DNA of 64,000 bases from NCBI GenBank assembly GCA_004022145.1, contig RCNU01000008.1; one strand, given 5' to 3'. The position numbers and the translations under genes are program-made. The stretch is from Paecilomyces variotii. Its lineage: Eukaryota. Below are positions 35,926 to 48,381 of the stretch, piece after piece (the stretch's first letter is position 1; every line of letters begins with the position of its first letter). The notes under the pieces were generated by a model, which was not told the origin of the DNA, ran no database searches, and saw nothing but the letters and a program-made list of their open reading frames with translations.

Positions 35926-38281
35926 TCATATCATCCTTTCTAGTTTCTTAGCTGCCCGTTCGAGCTGCGCGTTGAAGGATTTGATCTGATTGAGTAGTCC
36001 ACCCTGTGAACCGGGCGCGGCGGAGCTGACGTTCTCTGCGACGGTGCGGAGCATGAATTCTAGACCGGCTGTCGTAGGCTCGTCGTCGTCGGATGGGCGG
36101 TCGTTGCGAGCTTTGTTGCGGTCGATGGCGAGTTCGAGACTATGGAGGGAGTTGTTGATTGCGTTTCGAGCCTGTTTTTCTTTGATTAGTCTCGTGCTTA
36201 GTGTCTGAGATCTAGGGAGGTTCATACCATTTTCGCATTCTCATCTTCCGTATGTTTCCTCCGAACCTCGTCCATTCGCAGCGCAACCTCCTCTCGTTGT
36301 CGACGGATATGTAGAAGACGGCTACGCATATCTGCCATTTTGCGCTTGGCTTTCTTTAACTGTGCGCTGAGGGAGAAATTGCTATCTAGCATCTCGCTCA
36401 TTTCGAAGAGTCGTCCCTCAAGCTCTGCGCCGAAGGCCTCTACTGCTTTTCGTTTCCGCGTCCATTCTGCTCGTCGGGCCTGGTTGGATTCGTTGGCGAT
36501 GCCGTTCTTGAGCGTCGTTAGCGTCTTATCCAGGGTCTCGCGGCAGATCTGGCTGAGAACGTCGGCGGGATTGACGCCTGAACGACCGGAGAGGTCTTTG
36601 ACGGTGGATTCTTCTGCCTCGTCGGCAGATTCTGATGAGTCTGGGACAGCACTGAGCGCTTCAATGTTGGCGAGGCGATGAACCGTCACAGGGACGGTCT
36701 CTCCGCGAGTTCTCTTCTCTCTGGTCGTGGGCTCTGCTTTGCCCTCCTCATCGTCATCCTCGGTCCTGGTGGCCTTCTCCTTGCGTGCTTTCGCTTTCTT
36801 GGGCGCTTTCTTAGTGGCTGATGATTCGCGTCGAGTAGAAGATTCTGCTTGTGGTTGGTCCACTTGCTCTTCCTCGTCGATATCCTGTCGTTGCCGTGAA
36901 GGGGAGGCTTCTGGTTCTTCTGGTACGCTCTCTGTAGAAGACCGGTTCCTCGTGGGAGGACGTCCGATTGATTTCCGCTGCTTCCCTTTCTTCGTGCGTT
37001 TCTGGCGCGATGTTTGATTCTTTTCCTGCTCTTCAACTTCTTCGGGTTTTGCCTGTTGCCGCTCCTCTACTCTCTCATCATCTACCGGGATCTCACGTTG
37101 CTTTCCAAGGGACTTTCTGGACCTCTTCGGTTGTCTTGAATTCTCTTCTGCAGGAGATGTCTCTTTCCCAGTGTCTTTGCGCGCATTGCTTGTCGTTTTA
37201 GCAGCTGTTCTTCCCCTCTTTCGAGTCTCCTGAGGACTTGAAACCTCCTGCGGTTCGACTGTCTTCTGTAATGACCGTCTTGATGATCGAGATGGTTGAG
37301 CAGCTTCCACAGGCTCTTCAATCCTCTCAGCATTGTTGATATCTGCAGCACTCTCCACTGTAGGTCCACTTTTCCGATTCTCGGCAGTGGAAGCCCGTTT
37401 CTTGCGCTGACTTTTGGTATTTGTTATGCTCGGATCAGCAGCGTCTGCTGGTTGCACTTCGTCACCATGATCCTTATCAACGCCGTTCGTGCCATTTGCA
37501 GCTTGGGAGACCGGCTCGACCTGCTGCTCTGTGCCCCGTTCTGCGGACGTAGTATCTCGAGGTCTCCGAGAATTTGTTTTCGCAATTGTGGGAGATTCTT
37601 CAGCTAAGCCTGGGTTCGCTGCGGTATCCGACTGCACGTCATCTCCGCTCGAAACGGTTCCGGGCTGAGGGTCGACCCGGTCTGTTTGTTTAGCGTTCGA
37701 AGTCGTTTTCGCATTCTCTGATAGAGGACCTAGAACTGCATATTAGAAAAGCCACATGCGATTGTATAGGAATTTCCCCACTTATTCTTCTTCGTTTTGC
37801 GCTCCGTCCCTGTTCCGGTACGTCGTCTGATGGGAGGTCGAACGTGGACGGCCTCTCTGGGAGATGATTCCGTGAGCTCGAAGATCTCGGGTGGTCTCTC
37901 TGAGAACTACGCGATCCAGAAGACGGCGTTGCCTCTGGTGGTTGTGAGGGTGGTGTAGGTTGCTTATTTGGAGTTGCGCTCCGTCGCGGTGAAACGCGAG
38001 GTACCGGGAGATTTGTCGAAGCCCGCGGAGACTGTCGCGGAGGCTCCGCGGGCTCAGGCCCTGGTAATCCGAAAGAGAAGCCGAAATCAACTGCTTTTAT
38101 CTGGCGCGTACTGTAGTGATTGTCCGTTAGCTGTATAGTCTATGTTTGTATCGGCGGGGTGGTCGTGAACATACCCGGCTCCGCGCTGGCGCATCTGCAA
38201 GCGCTCCTCGCGATCTGCAGGGCATCCTATCAGTAATTATCTCGCATAAAAGATTCTGGAAGATCGCATACTGGAAGCCAT
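35926..38281 (-). CDS. Ame1/CENP-U-like inner kinetochore protein; exons 38281-38272, 38214-38175, 38110-37782, 37729-36228, 36171-35926
   Basis: Spliced N-terminus MASNREERLQMRQRGAGTRQIKAVDFGFSFG, long charged disordered middle, C-terminal VNPADVLSQICRE...coiled coil...GGLLNQIKSFN. Confidence 0.75.
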
Positions 38282-38550
38282 GTTTGCAATGCGAAGTGCT
38301 CGCAAAGCTTGACGCGCCGGACGCGAGTTGTCTCGCAGGGCAAGCTTCGCGATAGACGGAGGAGCTGCGGGACGCCGAGTTGCGCCCGATGCGGTTTGGC
38401 GCCGCTGGAAAACCGACAGCTCGACTTTCTCCGCAATCGTTGGAGAGATCTTTGGCAGCATCCTCGATCCATTGCGCCTGGCATCCTCGAGTGGTTAGAC
38501 GTGCGAATGTCCTTTTTTGAATATTGTTCTTGATCCCTGCATAATTCGAA

Positions 38551-39570
38551 ATGGGCTGGTTCTGGGGTGGTTCGAACAGTGACGATCCGACAAAGAAGCT
38601 CGATCCGAGCCTTCGTGAATACCTCGAGAAAGAGGCCCCTGCCAAATACACACCGGCAGAGATTCCTTCGTCTTCGTCTACGTCTAGAGAGACCCAGCCA
38701 AATGAGTCGTCTTCGAAAGCTACATCCTCCGATGCATCGGAACCGAAAGTCCCCTCCGCCTCTCTCTACCCGGACGGCCGATATGCTCATCTGTGGAAAA
38801 CGTATAAACCTCTAAAGGAGACCGAGGAATCGATGACGACGGGCGCGGAGAGGGTGATTGAACAATTCAAGCAGCGCAAAGATACGCTTCACAATGCGGC
38901 GATGGAGAACTGTGCGTTGGAACACGAGGCTCTCACGTTCTGCTTCCAGACGGGAGACTGGAAGAAGAAGCTGAAGGCGCGTGTGACGATGTGCTCGGAG
39001 GAAAACAAAAAGTTTTCTCGGTGCTATACTACGCAGGCTGTAAGATCCTCCCTCTCGATATAAACTCTTAGTCGCAATGGTCAGATCACTGATATGGGCT
39101 AGAAATTCCTCCAAGCACTCGGGTATGCCTCGTCATTTGAGTGGGACGACGAAAAGGAAGAGCGGATTCAGATGCATGCAGACAAGCTGTATCATCAAAT
39201 GCTGGACTACGAGAGGCGGGTGGAGGAAGCACAGGCGGCTGGTTTCGAACCACCTCCAATTACTTCCCTTTTCAACCCTGATGCGGCACCCATCCCCCAG
39301 AAGCTTCCCCAGGATGCGAAGTCGACAGAGGTGGAGATTCCAGGTGTGGACAAGCTGCCTGACGGCTTCAAGCCTTCCAAACCGCTCGAGCAGCTCACGC
39401 CCCATGAACGTGAACTCGAGGTCCAGGCGCACAAGGCATCGCTGGAACAGCAGAGGAAATACGCCGAGGAGGCGAGCCCCTTTATGAAGTCCCAAGAAAC
39501 CGCACGACAGAAACGACAGGAGAAAGCCATCAGCTGGTTTGGAGAGACCATCGGAAAATGGATCACCTAG
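38551..39570 (+). CDS. Conserved fungal protein with a twin CX9C motif; exons 38551-39039, 39103-39570
   Basis: MGWFWGG start, CALEHEALTFC and CSEENKKFSRC; the intron GTAAGA...TAG joins the two ORFs (Q A|KFLQALG). Confidence 0.82.
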
Positions 39571-40829
39571 CTGTGCCTCCTTTGGCTGTGATGTAACCCG
39601 CAGTGATTTTCATTTCTTTGTATATTATTCTATTGCGTTGACACCCAATTTTGGGCTTGCAGAGAGCGACGGGCGTGGCACTTAGACTTCCTATACGGCG
39701 AACACGGGAATTATATATGGTTCGATGAACGAGAACTCTCTTCTCTCACGGTACGAAGCTGTTTCCTGTGGATTGATAGGATCTTATACAGCCACTGTAG
39801 TCAGGCGACCAACTAGCTAACTAGTAAACTAGTTAATCAATGCCAATCCGGTTGACATAATCGTCTACGTAGATATTTAACAGAGTTAACCACTAACTAA
39901 ATAGTTATTGGATGAGACGTGGAATTCCCGATTCGATACTCTCGCGAGGCTCCTTCTATGTTCGGCTTCTTGCTCCGGTGTGCTACGTAGAGTATATTAT
40001 CCTACGAATTAATCACGAAGAATTCCCTAGCAGGTCCGTGGAGACAGTTCCGTTGCTAGCCGGTAACATAGGCATCTGCGGATAGTCGGAGATGCTGTGT
40101 AGTAAGTAGAACAATGGCTAACTATACTGGCGAAGGGCCAATTGCCAGTACCTTGGTTGAAGATCACGGACCATTCAATTAACACATTCGAGGTAAGGTG
40201 TCAATTACTCTTACCTATCTTAGCGATGTCCATTCTTAGAGTAACTCAACTGTAGTCTCGCAACACCACTGCTCACGGAAGGAGAAATAGATGCCCTGAT
40301 TTTTTCGCATCCCCCACCACGTCCCTCTATTTTCCGTTAACCCAAGATACATTCGCCAATCCCTCTCTTTTCTTGAATGGGGCAACGGGCGACGGCGTGA
40401 ACGACGGTGCGGTTGTAACAGTAGGGCTGACCATCAGCGACACGGGCTGATTCGTTCCCGCCCTTGTCGCGTTCCGCAGCCGGCAGCGCGAGAAACACGA
40501 GAGGGAAGAGAGAGAGAGAATCGACATCACGACTCTTCGAAGCTGGCTACTTGATACTTACCAGCAGTCTCCAGCATCGACGTCTATACCGTGAATTGGC
40601 ATTCCCTGTCCTACACTGCTGACGGCCATCTTCACCTCCAGCCACAATCCTCACTCCCCGGACCTTTCCTCCTTGCAGCTGTCGTCTCGACCACTTGAAA
40701 CCTCGGAACGGCCATCCCGTTTCTCCCATTTCATTCAGCTCGTTGCTGAGCCTGGCTGACCTCCATCTCGACACCGACGCTTTTTTGGCCTCAGCAGTTC
40801 CAGGGGGGCATTGAGCTGCTGTGCCCATC

Positions 40830-43306
40830 ATGAAAGCCACCCCGTTGCTCATTGCATGGCATAATGACAATGCCCCCATTTACTCCGTGCACTTCGATCC
40901 GCATGGGAAGGGTCGATTGGCTACGGCCGGCAAGTATGTGTTACAGATATCCAGCCTTTTCCTCCGGACGCCTGACTGATTGTTTTTTTCTCTTGCAGTG
41001 ATAATAATGTCAGAGTACGAATCGCCCGTCCCACGGTCCTTTGTCCCCGCCGCCTTACTGATCACGTATCCAGCTCTGGAAAGTCGAATCTACAGGGGAG
41101 GAGAGGAAGATAACCTACTTGAGCACTCTGATTAAGCACACACAAGCCGTCAATGTGGTCCGGTTCAGTCCCAAAGGTATGGAAATTATCTTGGAGGGGT
41201 TCTGTTGCAAAGTCACTGACAGCTGACAGGCGAGATGCTGGCATCTGCCGGGGATGATGGAAATGTGCTGCTGTGGGTTCCGTCGGAGCTTCAGACTGCT
41301 TCAGGACTCGGGGAGGACAGGGCAGATGATAAGGAAACTTGGCGTGTCAAGCACATGTGCAGGTCGTCCGGTGCGGAGATTTATGACCTGGCCTGGTCCC
41401 CAGATGGTGTATTCTTCATAACTGGAAGCATGGACAATATTGCTCGGATCTACAATGCGCAGACAGGTTTGTGTCATACAAGATGGTTGCCGGATCCCTT
41501 GCTAATGTTATCACCTAGGACAAATGGTTCGACAGATCGCAGAACACTCTCACTATGTGCAGGGCGTAGCTTGGGATCCGCTCAATGAGTTCGTGGCTAC
41601 CCAGTCTTCCGACCGGTCGGTGCATATCTACAGTTTGAAAACCAAGGATGGCCAGTTTACGTTGACGTCGCACGGCAAATTTCTAAAGATGGACTTGCCA
41701 GCGCGACGGATATCCTCGAACAGTCCTGCGCCGCCGGAACTGAACACCAGAGCGCAGTCGGCAACGAGCAACCCAATTGCCATTGCATCACCCGCACCAT
41801 CTACTCCTGGTACTCCCAAGGCATCGAACCTACCAATGGATCCTCCTCCTGTCTCTCACAGTCGTCGGTCATCTTTCGGATCAGCTACGTCCATCCGCCG
41901 TTCGGTGTCCCCGGCGCCATCGTTGCCGCTGCCTGCGGTGAGACCATTGGAAGTCTCATCCCCGAGTCTCTTTGGTGGTAACACTAGTGGCCTGGCTGTT
42001 AAGAATGCCAACATTTATGCGAATGAGACGTTTACTTCTTTTTTCCGGCGATTGACATTCGCGCCGGACGGAAGTCTACTGTTCACACCTGCTGGGCAGT
42101 ACAAGACGTCTCAAGTGTCACTTACCGATCCGACAAAGACTACAGACGATGTAATAAACACTGTCTATATCTATACGCGTGCGGGCTTCAACAAACCCCC
42201 AATTGCCCACCTCCCTGGACATAAGAAGCCTTCGGTTGCAGTCAAATGTTCCCCGGTGTTCTACACTCTGCGCCAAGGGGTGAAACCTACAAGTCACGTC
42301 ACTATAGACACCTCTTCTGGAGAAGAAGCATTTGGTTCTCTGCCAGATCCAGTAGTGTCTTCTAACGGCTCCACGGACGGTAACTCCATGGAGCCGCCGT
42401 CCCTCCCTCTCACAGGAGACTCGTCGAAGTCAGAGACGTCTCGAAAGGCTTCAGACAGCGAAGGCAACGCTGCTAGCCAGCCTCCTGGTCCAGTATTCTC
42501 CTTGCCATACAGAATAGTGTACGCTGTGGCAACGCAGGATGCTGTCCTTGTGTATGATACGCAACAGCAGACGCCGTTGTGTGTTGTAAGCAACTTGCAT
42601 TTTGCTACATTTACCGACCTTACATGGTAAGTCTTCCAACTCTTTCTATCTTAGACCCTTGCTAACGCTGTGCAGGTCGCATGACGGATTGACTCTGATC
42701 ATGAGTTCTTCCGACGGTTTCTGTTCGACTCTGTCATTCTCTCCTGGGGAGTTAGGGGAGCAGTACAAGCCAGTGTCTACTCCACACCCCCCTGTCGTCT
42801 CGACTGCACCGTCTACAAGCCACACACCCGCACCAACAAGCCATATTTCGTCTCCTTCTGTGGTGAAGACAAGCCCTGGGCCAGTGGCCGCTCTCGCTTC
42901 CCAGCCTGCTGCAACGCCTCGGCCTTCCAGTCCCGCGCGATCTAATTCTACCTCTTCCGTTGCCACTCTCTCCTCCACCCAGCAGCCACAGACAGTCATT
43001 AACAACCCAACCCCGACATTGGGGTCTGTGCCCCTGGTTACGGCAGCCAATTCAGCGCAGCCCCCAACCCTTCCTCTTACAACGCCCCCACAGACGCCAA
43101 TGTCGTCTGGTGTATCCCATAGCGCGAGGAGCTCTGTGAGCGGCAGCGTTCTAGGCAAACGGGATATCGGTGCTGCAAGCGAGTCAGAGAAGGAAGAATC
43201 CAAGGGTCAGAGTAATGAGAATCAGCCTCAGCAATCTAAAAAGCGACGGATAGCTCCCACACTTGTCTCAGGTGGAAACAATGATAATCCTGATGTCGCT
43301 GGCTGA
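40830..43306 (+). CDS. CAC2: Chromatin assembly factor 1 subunit B (Cac2/p60); exons 40830-40933, 40999-41014, 41074-41176, 41230-41466, 41519-42626, 42676-43306
   Basis: WD40 repeats (HTQAVNVVRFSP, EIYDLAWSPDG, HYVQGVAWDP), FFRRLTFAPDG, SSSDGFCS, C-terminal Asf1-binding B-domain KKRRIAP. Confidence 0.93.
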
Positions 43307-44551
43307 GTCTTGATGGATATTCATATCCCTTTTTGTCATTTGAATTCCTTTTATACCTCCGAAGAGCACTGTCCCTGGTATTAGCTGGATGCAGGTTTCT
43401 ATGGATCTTGATGACTAATGCCTTTCTATTCCCACCCTGCTGTTTCTCTTTCTGAACCAAGTGGATGTTCCCCCGGTTTTACGAGCTGGACCTACACTCT
43501 CCTCATCTCTCTCCAAACCACCGTTTCAATCCTCCCCGGCTCCCCCACCTCTCCTGATCATCCCCGCGGTACGTCGCCGGGGACGGGCACGTATCACGTG
43601 GTGCCAGTCAGGTAACCTGGCACGGCGTGGCAACTCTCCCGCATCACATCATGTAGTCTCCAGATCCCTCCGAAGATGCATTGGGCCCAATCGGGCAACA
43701 ATAAATGAATTGTCGTGCCTTTATCCTTTCCTCCCTGTATTTGACAATGGGCTTTACGCTTTGCACTTCTTGTCTTTGTCAATAGCTACTTATCCTTTTC
43801 ACCGTGTGATGTTCCCACTGTTTTTGTGCCTCGAGGGCCGAGTGAAGTATGTTGTGGGTAGGCAATTGAATAGAATTGGCTTTTTTTAACTTTATTTTTT
43901 TTTTGCTTCCACCTTCCATTTCATTGACTTTGCTATTACTTATTACTTATTCTTCTTTCTGATCATGAAATAATGGATGACTAACGGGGCGGTGGTAGTT
44001 AGTCAATTACAGGGAATTCCTATAATTATTAGAAATGTATTCTCTCATAGACTGCATTTTTCATTACTATCATTCCTTCAGCTTGTTCTCATTAGCATAC
44101 ATACATTAAAAGTGCGAAAAGAGGTAGTAGCAGAAAAAAAAAAGAGAAAGAGAGAAAGAGAACAAAAAGGGTAAAACTCGTAACCCCGCCCGCTTATCTC
44201 CTTGTCGGAATTCTGAATCGACAGAGCGTGTGCTTTATAGTAGATACGTAATGAAGATTTAGAAGAGGGAAGCAAGGGGAGGAGAAGGGGGGACGGTAAC
44301 TGTCCAAAGCAGTTCGTGTGCGTGTTTCTCCCTTTTGCATTTTTTGTGGGTAGATTAGTCCCATTTCCTCTCCTGGAGATGTATACTCTGGTCCGTTAGT
44401 TTGACGATGCGTAATGACATGGAATAACTAGAACGGATGTTCTTCTAGAAGAAATATGTCGTCATGGATCGTTGAAGTTTTTTTTCGTGGGCTGTTGCCG
44501 AGGCATGTATTGTTCTAATTGCATGATGAGCGGGATACATATCCTTGCCAC

Positions 44552-47340
44552 TCACGAAGTACCGTTCACATCCGGAGGAGCTTGCAGAGTAGCCAGGATA
44601 TCGGTGACGCTCACTTCGTTGAGCAGCATGGCCTTGGCTTCGGTGACATGACTGCCAACGGTGACTGTGGCGACGTCTGGGACAGTGCCTTTTTGGCCCA
44701 GCGCGTTGGCCCAGCGGAAAAGAGGCTCGTCGCCGCGAGCACCGCCCGCGACAAGGATGAAGTCTGGCTTTTCCGACAGTCGCTCGAGGATGGATTGTGC
44801 TGCGGTCGCTTTGGTGACTTCCGTGGGCTCTACGGTCACGGCACCTTTCGTCAAGACGGCTCGGATAGGCTCGCTACCTCGAGAACCGTTGATCTGGTCG
44901 GCAAGCTCAGAGGCCTGTCGGGCGGCGAGTTCGGGATCATAAGCATCTTTGTACCAGAAGGTTATGGAACAACGTCCCTCTTCGATGGAGCTTCCGTCGG
45001 TCCTCTCCTGGAAGTAATGGATGACTTTGCGGATGCCATCTCTCCACTCCTTGGTCTTACTGGCGTCTACCAGCTCTTCCCATCTTTCTGAACCTGCAGT
45101 GCGAAGGAAGCAGCCATTTTCAGCAATGAGACCTACATCCTTGGAGAGACCCTCGATCCGGGATTCGAGATCTTCCGGGGCTTTGCTGCTGGTGAGGTAG
45201 ACGATATTGTTGGGATCCTTTAGCAGCCCATTCAGTGCAGCGATCGTTCGCTTGGGCGGGGTCTTGGGGGAAAGCGAGAGTGAAATGTCATCCTCGACGA
45301 TGAACAGGCGGCGGTGGGCGCGCTTATATGATTCCTTCAGAGCATCCATTGAGAAAGGCGAGACGAAACTCGGTTCGTGGGACAATTGGGTCTGATGAGC
45401 GTCGGATAGGGCTTGATCGAGCGACTTGCACCATGCTTGCGCGGTATGAGGAGCCATCTTGTCGATGAGGAATTGCCAGTTCTTCTGCTTCTGCTCTGCA
45501 GGCATTTCGAGCGCTCGATTGATGGCCTCTGCACATTGCTTGTAGTCCCAAGGGTTCACCAGAAGTTCGTGTCCGGAGAAAATATGAGCGCTTCCAGTGA
45601 ATTCACTCAGGATGAGAGAACCGTAACGCTGCGGCGAAAGCTTGCCATCCTGGCAGTGCAGATAGTCATGACCGGTCAGGTTCATTCCGTCTCTCAAACT
45701 CGTCACCATGAAGATCTCCGCTACTGTCATGAGCGCGAGGAACTGGGAGTAACTGATATCCTGCTTCAATAGCACTAGTGGTTGATGTGTCAGAGTGGAG
45801 TACACAGAGTTAATTCTCATTGCGATCTTGGAGATCTGGGCCTCGAGCTCGGGAAGCTCAGACATCGAGGAAGCAACTTGAACGAGGACGACCTGTTCAC
45901 AATGTTAGCCAGCAAGGAATGATCAAGAGGAAAGTCTGACCTTACGTTTTCTCTCCATTTCGGGTATTTCTTTAGAAACAACTCGTAGGATAGTAGCTTC
46001 TGTTTGATACCACCGGGAGCGTCGAGGCGATCGCGGGCTACGATCAAATGCTTTCCTTCGTATCTGTCGCGAATCTTCGAGACCCAATCTTGGACTTCCG
46101 CTGTCTTCCGCGTCTCATAGAGAGAGACTGGATCGATTCCGATGGGGGTATTTTTCACGTGAATGAAACGGTCTCTGAACTGCACACCATCGGAGGTGAC
46201 CTCGAGACTTAGAAGGCGGCTACAGGTCTGCAGGAAGTGGTGACAGTATTCCTCCGTCTGGAAGGCCACAAGATCCGCCCCCAGCAGTCCCTCCAGAAGT
46301 GCATCTCTGATGGCCAGACATCGGAACACCTCTGAGGAGGGGAAAGCGGCATGCATGAAGAATCCAATCTCCGCTTCTGGTAGTTTCTTTCGTAGTAATG
46401 CAGGAAGCAGCAGGAGGTGATAGTCATGGACCCAGATACTATCACCAGGCTTCCAGTTTGACGCGATCGTATCTGCGAAGGCCTCATTGACCTTGACGTA
46501 CTGTCTCCAGGTGTGATCATCGTATTCCTTGTGTCTGGGGCTCTCCTGGACCTGGTAATGGAAAGCCGGCCACAACACCGTTCTACAGAAATGCGAATAA
46601 TGACCGTCGAATTCGCTGTCGCTCACGAAGACTGGAAGCGAGTCATACTCCTCCCGTAGGGTCCTATCGATGTTCGATCGCGTGTGCTCTTTCAAGGAAT
46701 CCGTAGGCATTCCCAGCGTACCAACCCACGTCTTGTTTGGCAGGATGCCTGCGTCTGCAGCTGCGTTGATGGCATTGCGTAGGCCACCATTGCCTTGTTC
46801 AGCGGCCTTGACCACCCAGTCTACATCGGACAGCAAAACTTGCGGACTGCCATTATCGTCATCCGAGTCTATTGAGTCGGAAATAGCACCGTCCCCAAGT
46901 TTGACTGAGGTCTCGTCCCCTCCCGGACGGCTCAAGATAGATGAGTCCGGATGGGTGACGGCCTTCAACTTGGGCTGATTGAACTTATGACTGGCACCCC
47001 AGGAAACTGAACGCGGCTCACTGGGCGTGGGTCCTTTCGGAAGATCTGCAGCCGGTGCCTCTGCAGCCGCATAGAATGGCTTAAAGATCTTCTCATGGTC
47101 TGTCGTGGCTCCCGGTGTCAGGGTCAGATTGAGATCTCTGGATTGCTCCCGTCGAGACTCAGCTAACCTTCCCTCAACCTTGCCGGGATGGTTGCGGGAG
47201 AAGCGACGACGACCGCGGCTTATTGCCGCTGCTTCGAAGTCAATCGTGTAGGGCAGAAACCTGGGGTACCTCAGTTAGCTCAAACTTCATGTAGGGTAAT
47301 CGAATAGGAAAACATACAGTGATACTACGTAGACGGTCAT
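44552..47340 (-). CDS. Trehalose-6-phosphate synthase/phosphatase regulatory subunit (Tsl/Tps3-like); exons 47340-47318, 47260-45946, 45892-44552
   Basis: LFLPYTIDF start, GT20 domain (GNGGL, WVHDYH, FPSSEVFRCL, LILSEFTG, VNPWD); HAD domain lacks DxDGT (reads EDDISL). Confidence 0.9.
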
Positions 47341-48381
47341 GGTGTTAGTCTGCTCTGAGGGGAATAGTGATGATGATGACGACGATGATACAGTCTCCGT
47401 GTCCAGTCTGCTATCTACTGCAGTCGCGGGGAAACCAGGACAAAACCGATAGAGGGTGATTATATGATATGCCTTGCTTGCCTGAGTTGGGCAACCAGCC
47501 TTGTCTGGCAGAAGGGACCCCAGCGCTAAGGATTATTGGAACAAAGGTACGAGCATACTATGTCCGTGACAGGAAGCTGTCTATATGTTTCTGGCCACGA
47601 GGAGTCGAACAGGGACAGACGCAACGATCATGGTATGGCATGGAAGCAAGTGTTGTGACGTGGAAAGCTAGCCCGGATCTCCCAGGGAAGGGAAATAGCC
47701 GGGAATGGAATATTCTCGCCTTTTCCTGGTGGTGTTGAGCTGCTTATGCTTCGACCCAATGGCCATGACAGTTCGTGCCCAGTTTCAACATCGCAACGTC
47801 CCCGGTCCAGCCACTTCTCGAGCTTTCGACACGGTCTGGATCTGTGGTTATCAGCCGAGAACGCGATTGGGAGATCAAGATCGGGAATCGTCGCACGCTC
47901 CACTGCCAAACAACATCGCGAACGGATCCAACGGGATGCACCGAAGCGGGTGGAAAAAGACCGTCGAGCTTCGAGCAATAATCCTAATCCTCAAAGATGG
48001 CTTCAGGGCGTCATCATATCATATCAAGGTCCGTCGATCAGGATCCAGCGCGCCGCGGGGTGGGAAAAAAAGAAGAGAAAGAAGAGTCACCGCCGTCACA
48101 CAGCATCCCACTTGGCCTTCAGCTAATAATACCATAATTTTTACCCCTCTACCATTCTAAAGTACCATACCATACTACTATACTTCCTCCCTCAGTTTCC
48201 TTCTCGACTTAGAAAAGCGCTGTGTTCGCCTTCTTCCCGACTTGTGTAATCCAATTGACCTGCTAACGACGCCCTGAACGCGCGCCCATACGATTCCCCC
48301 ACCAGAGAGAGAGAGGACTTTGGCACTTCACCGCTGCCACTCCATTCCCGCGCACACAGAAGCTGGTCAAGCGCACACTTC

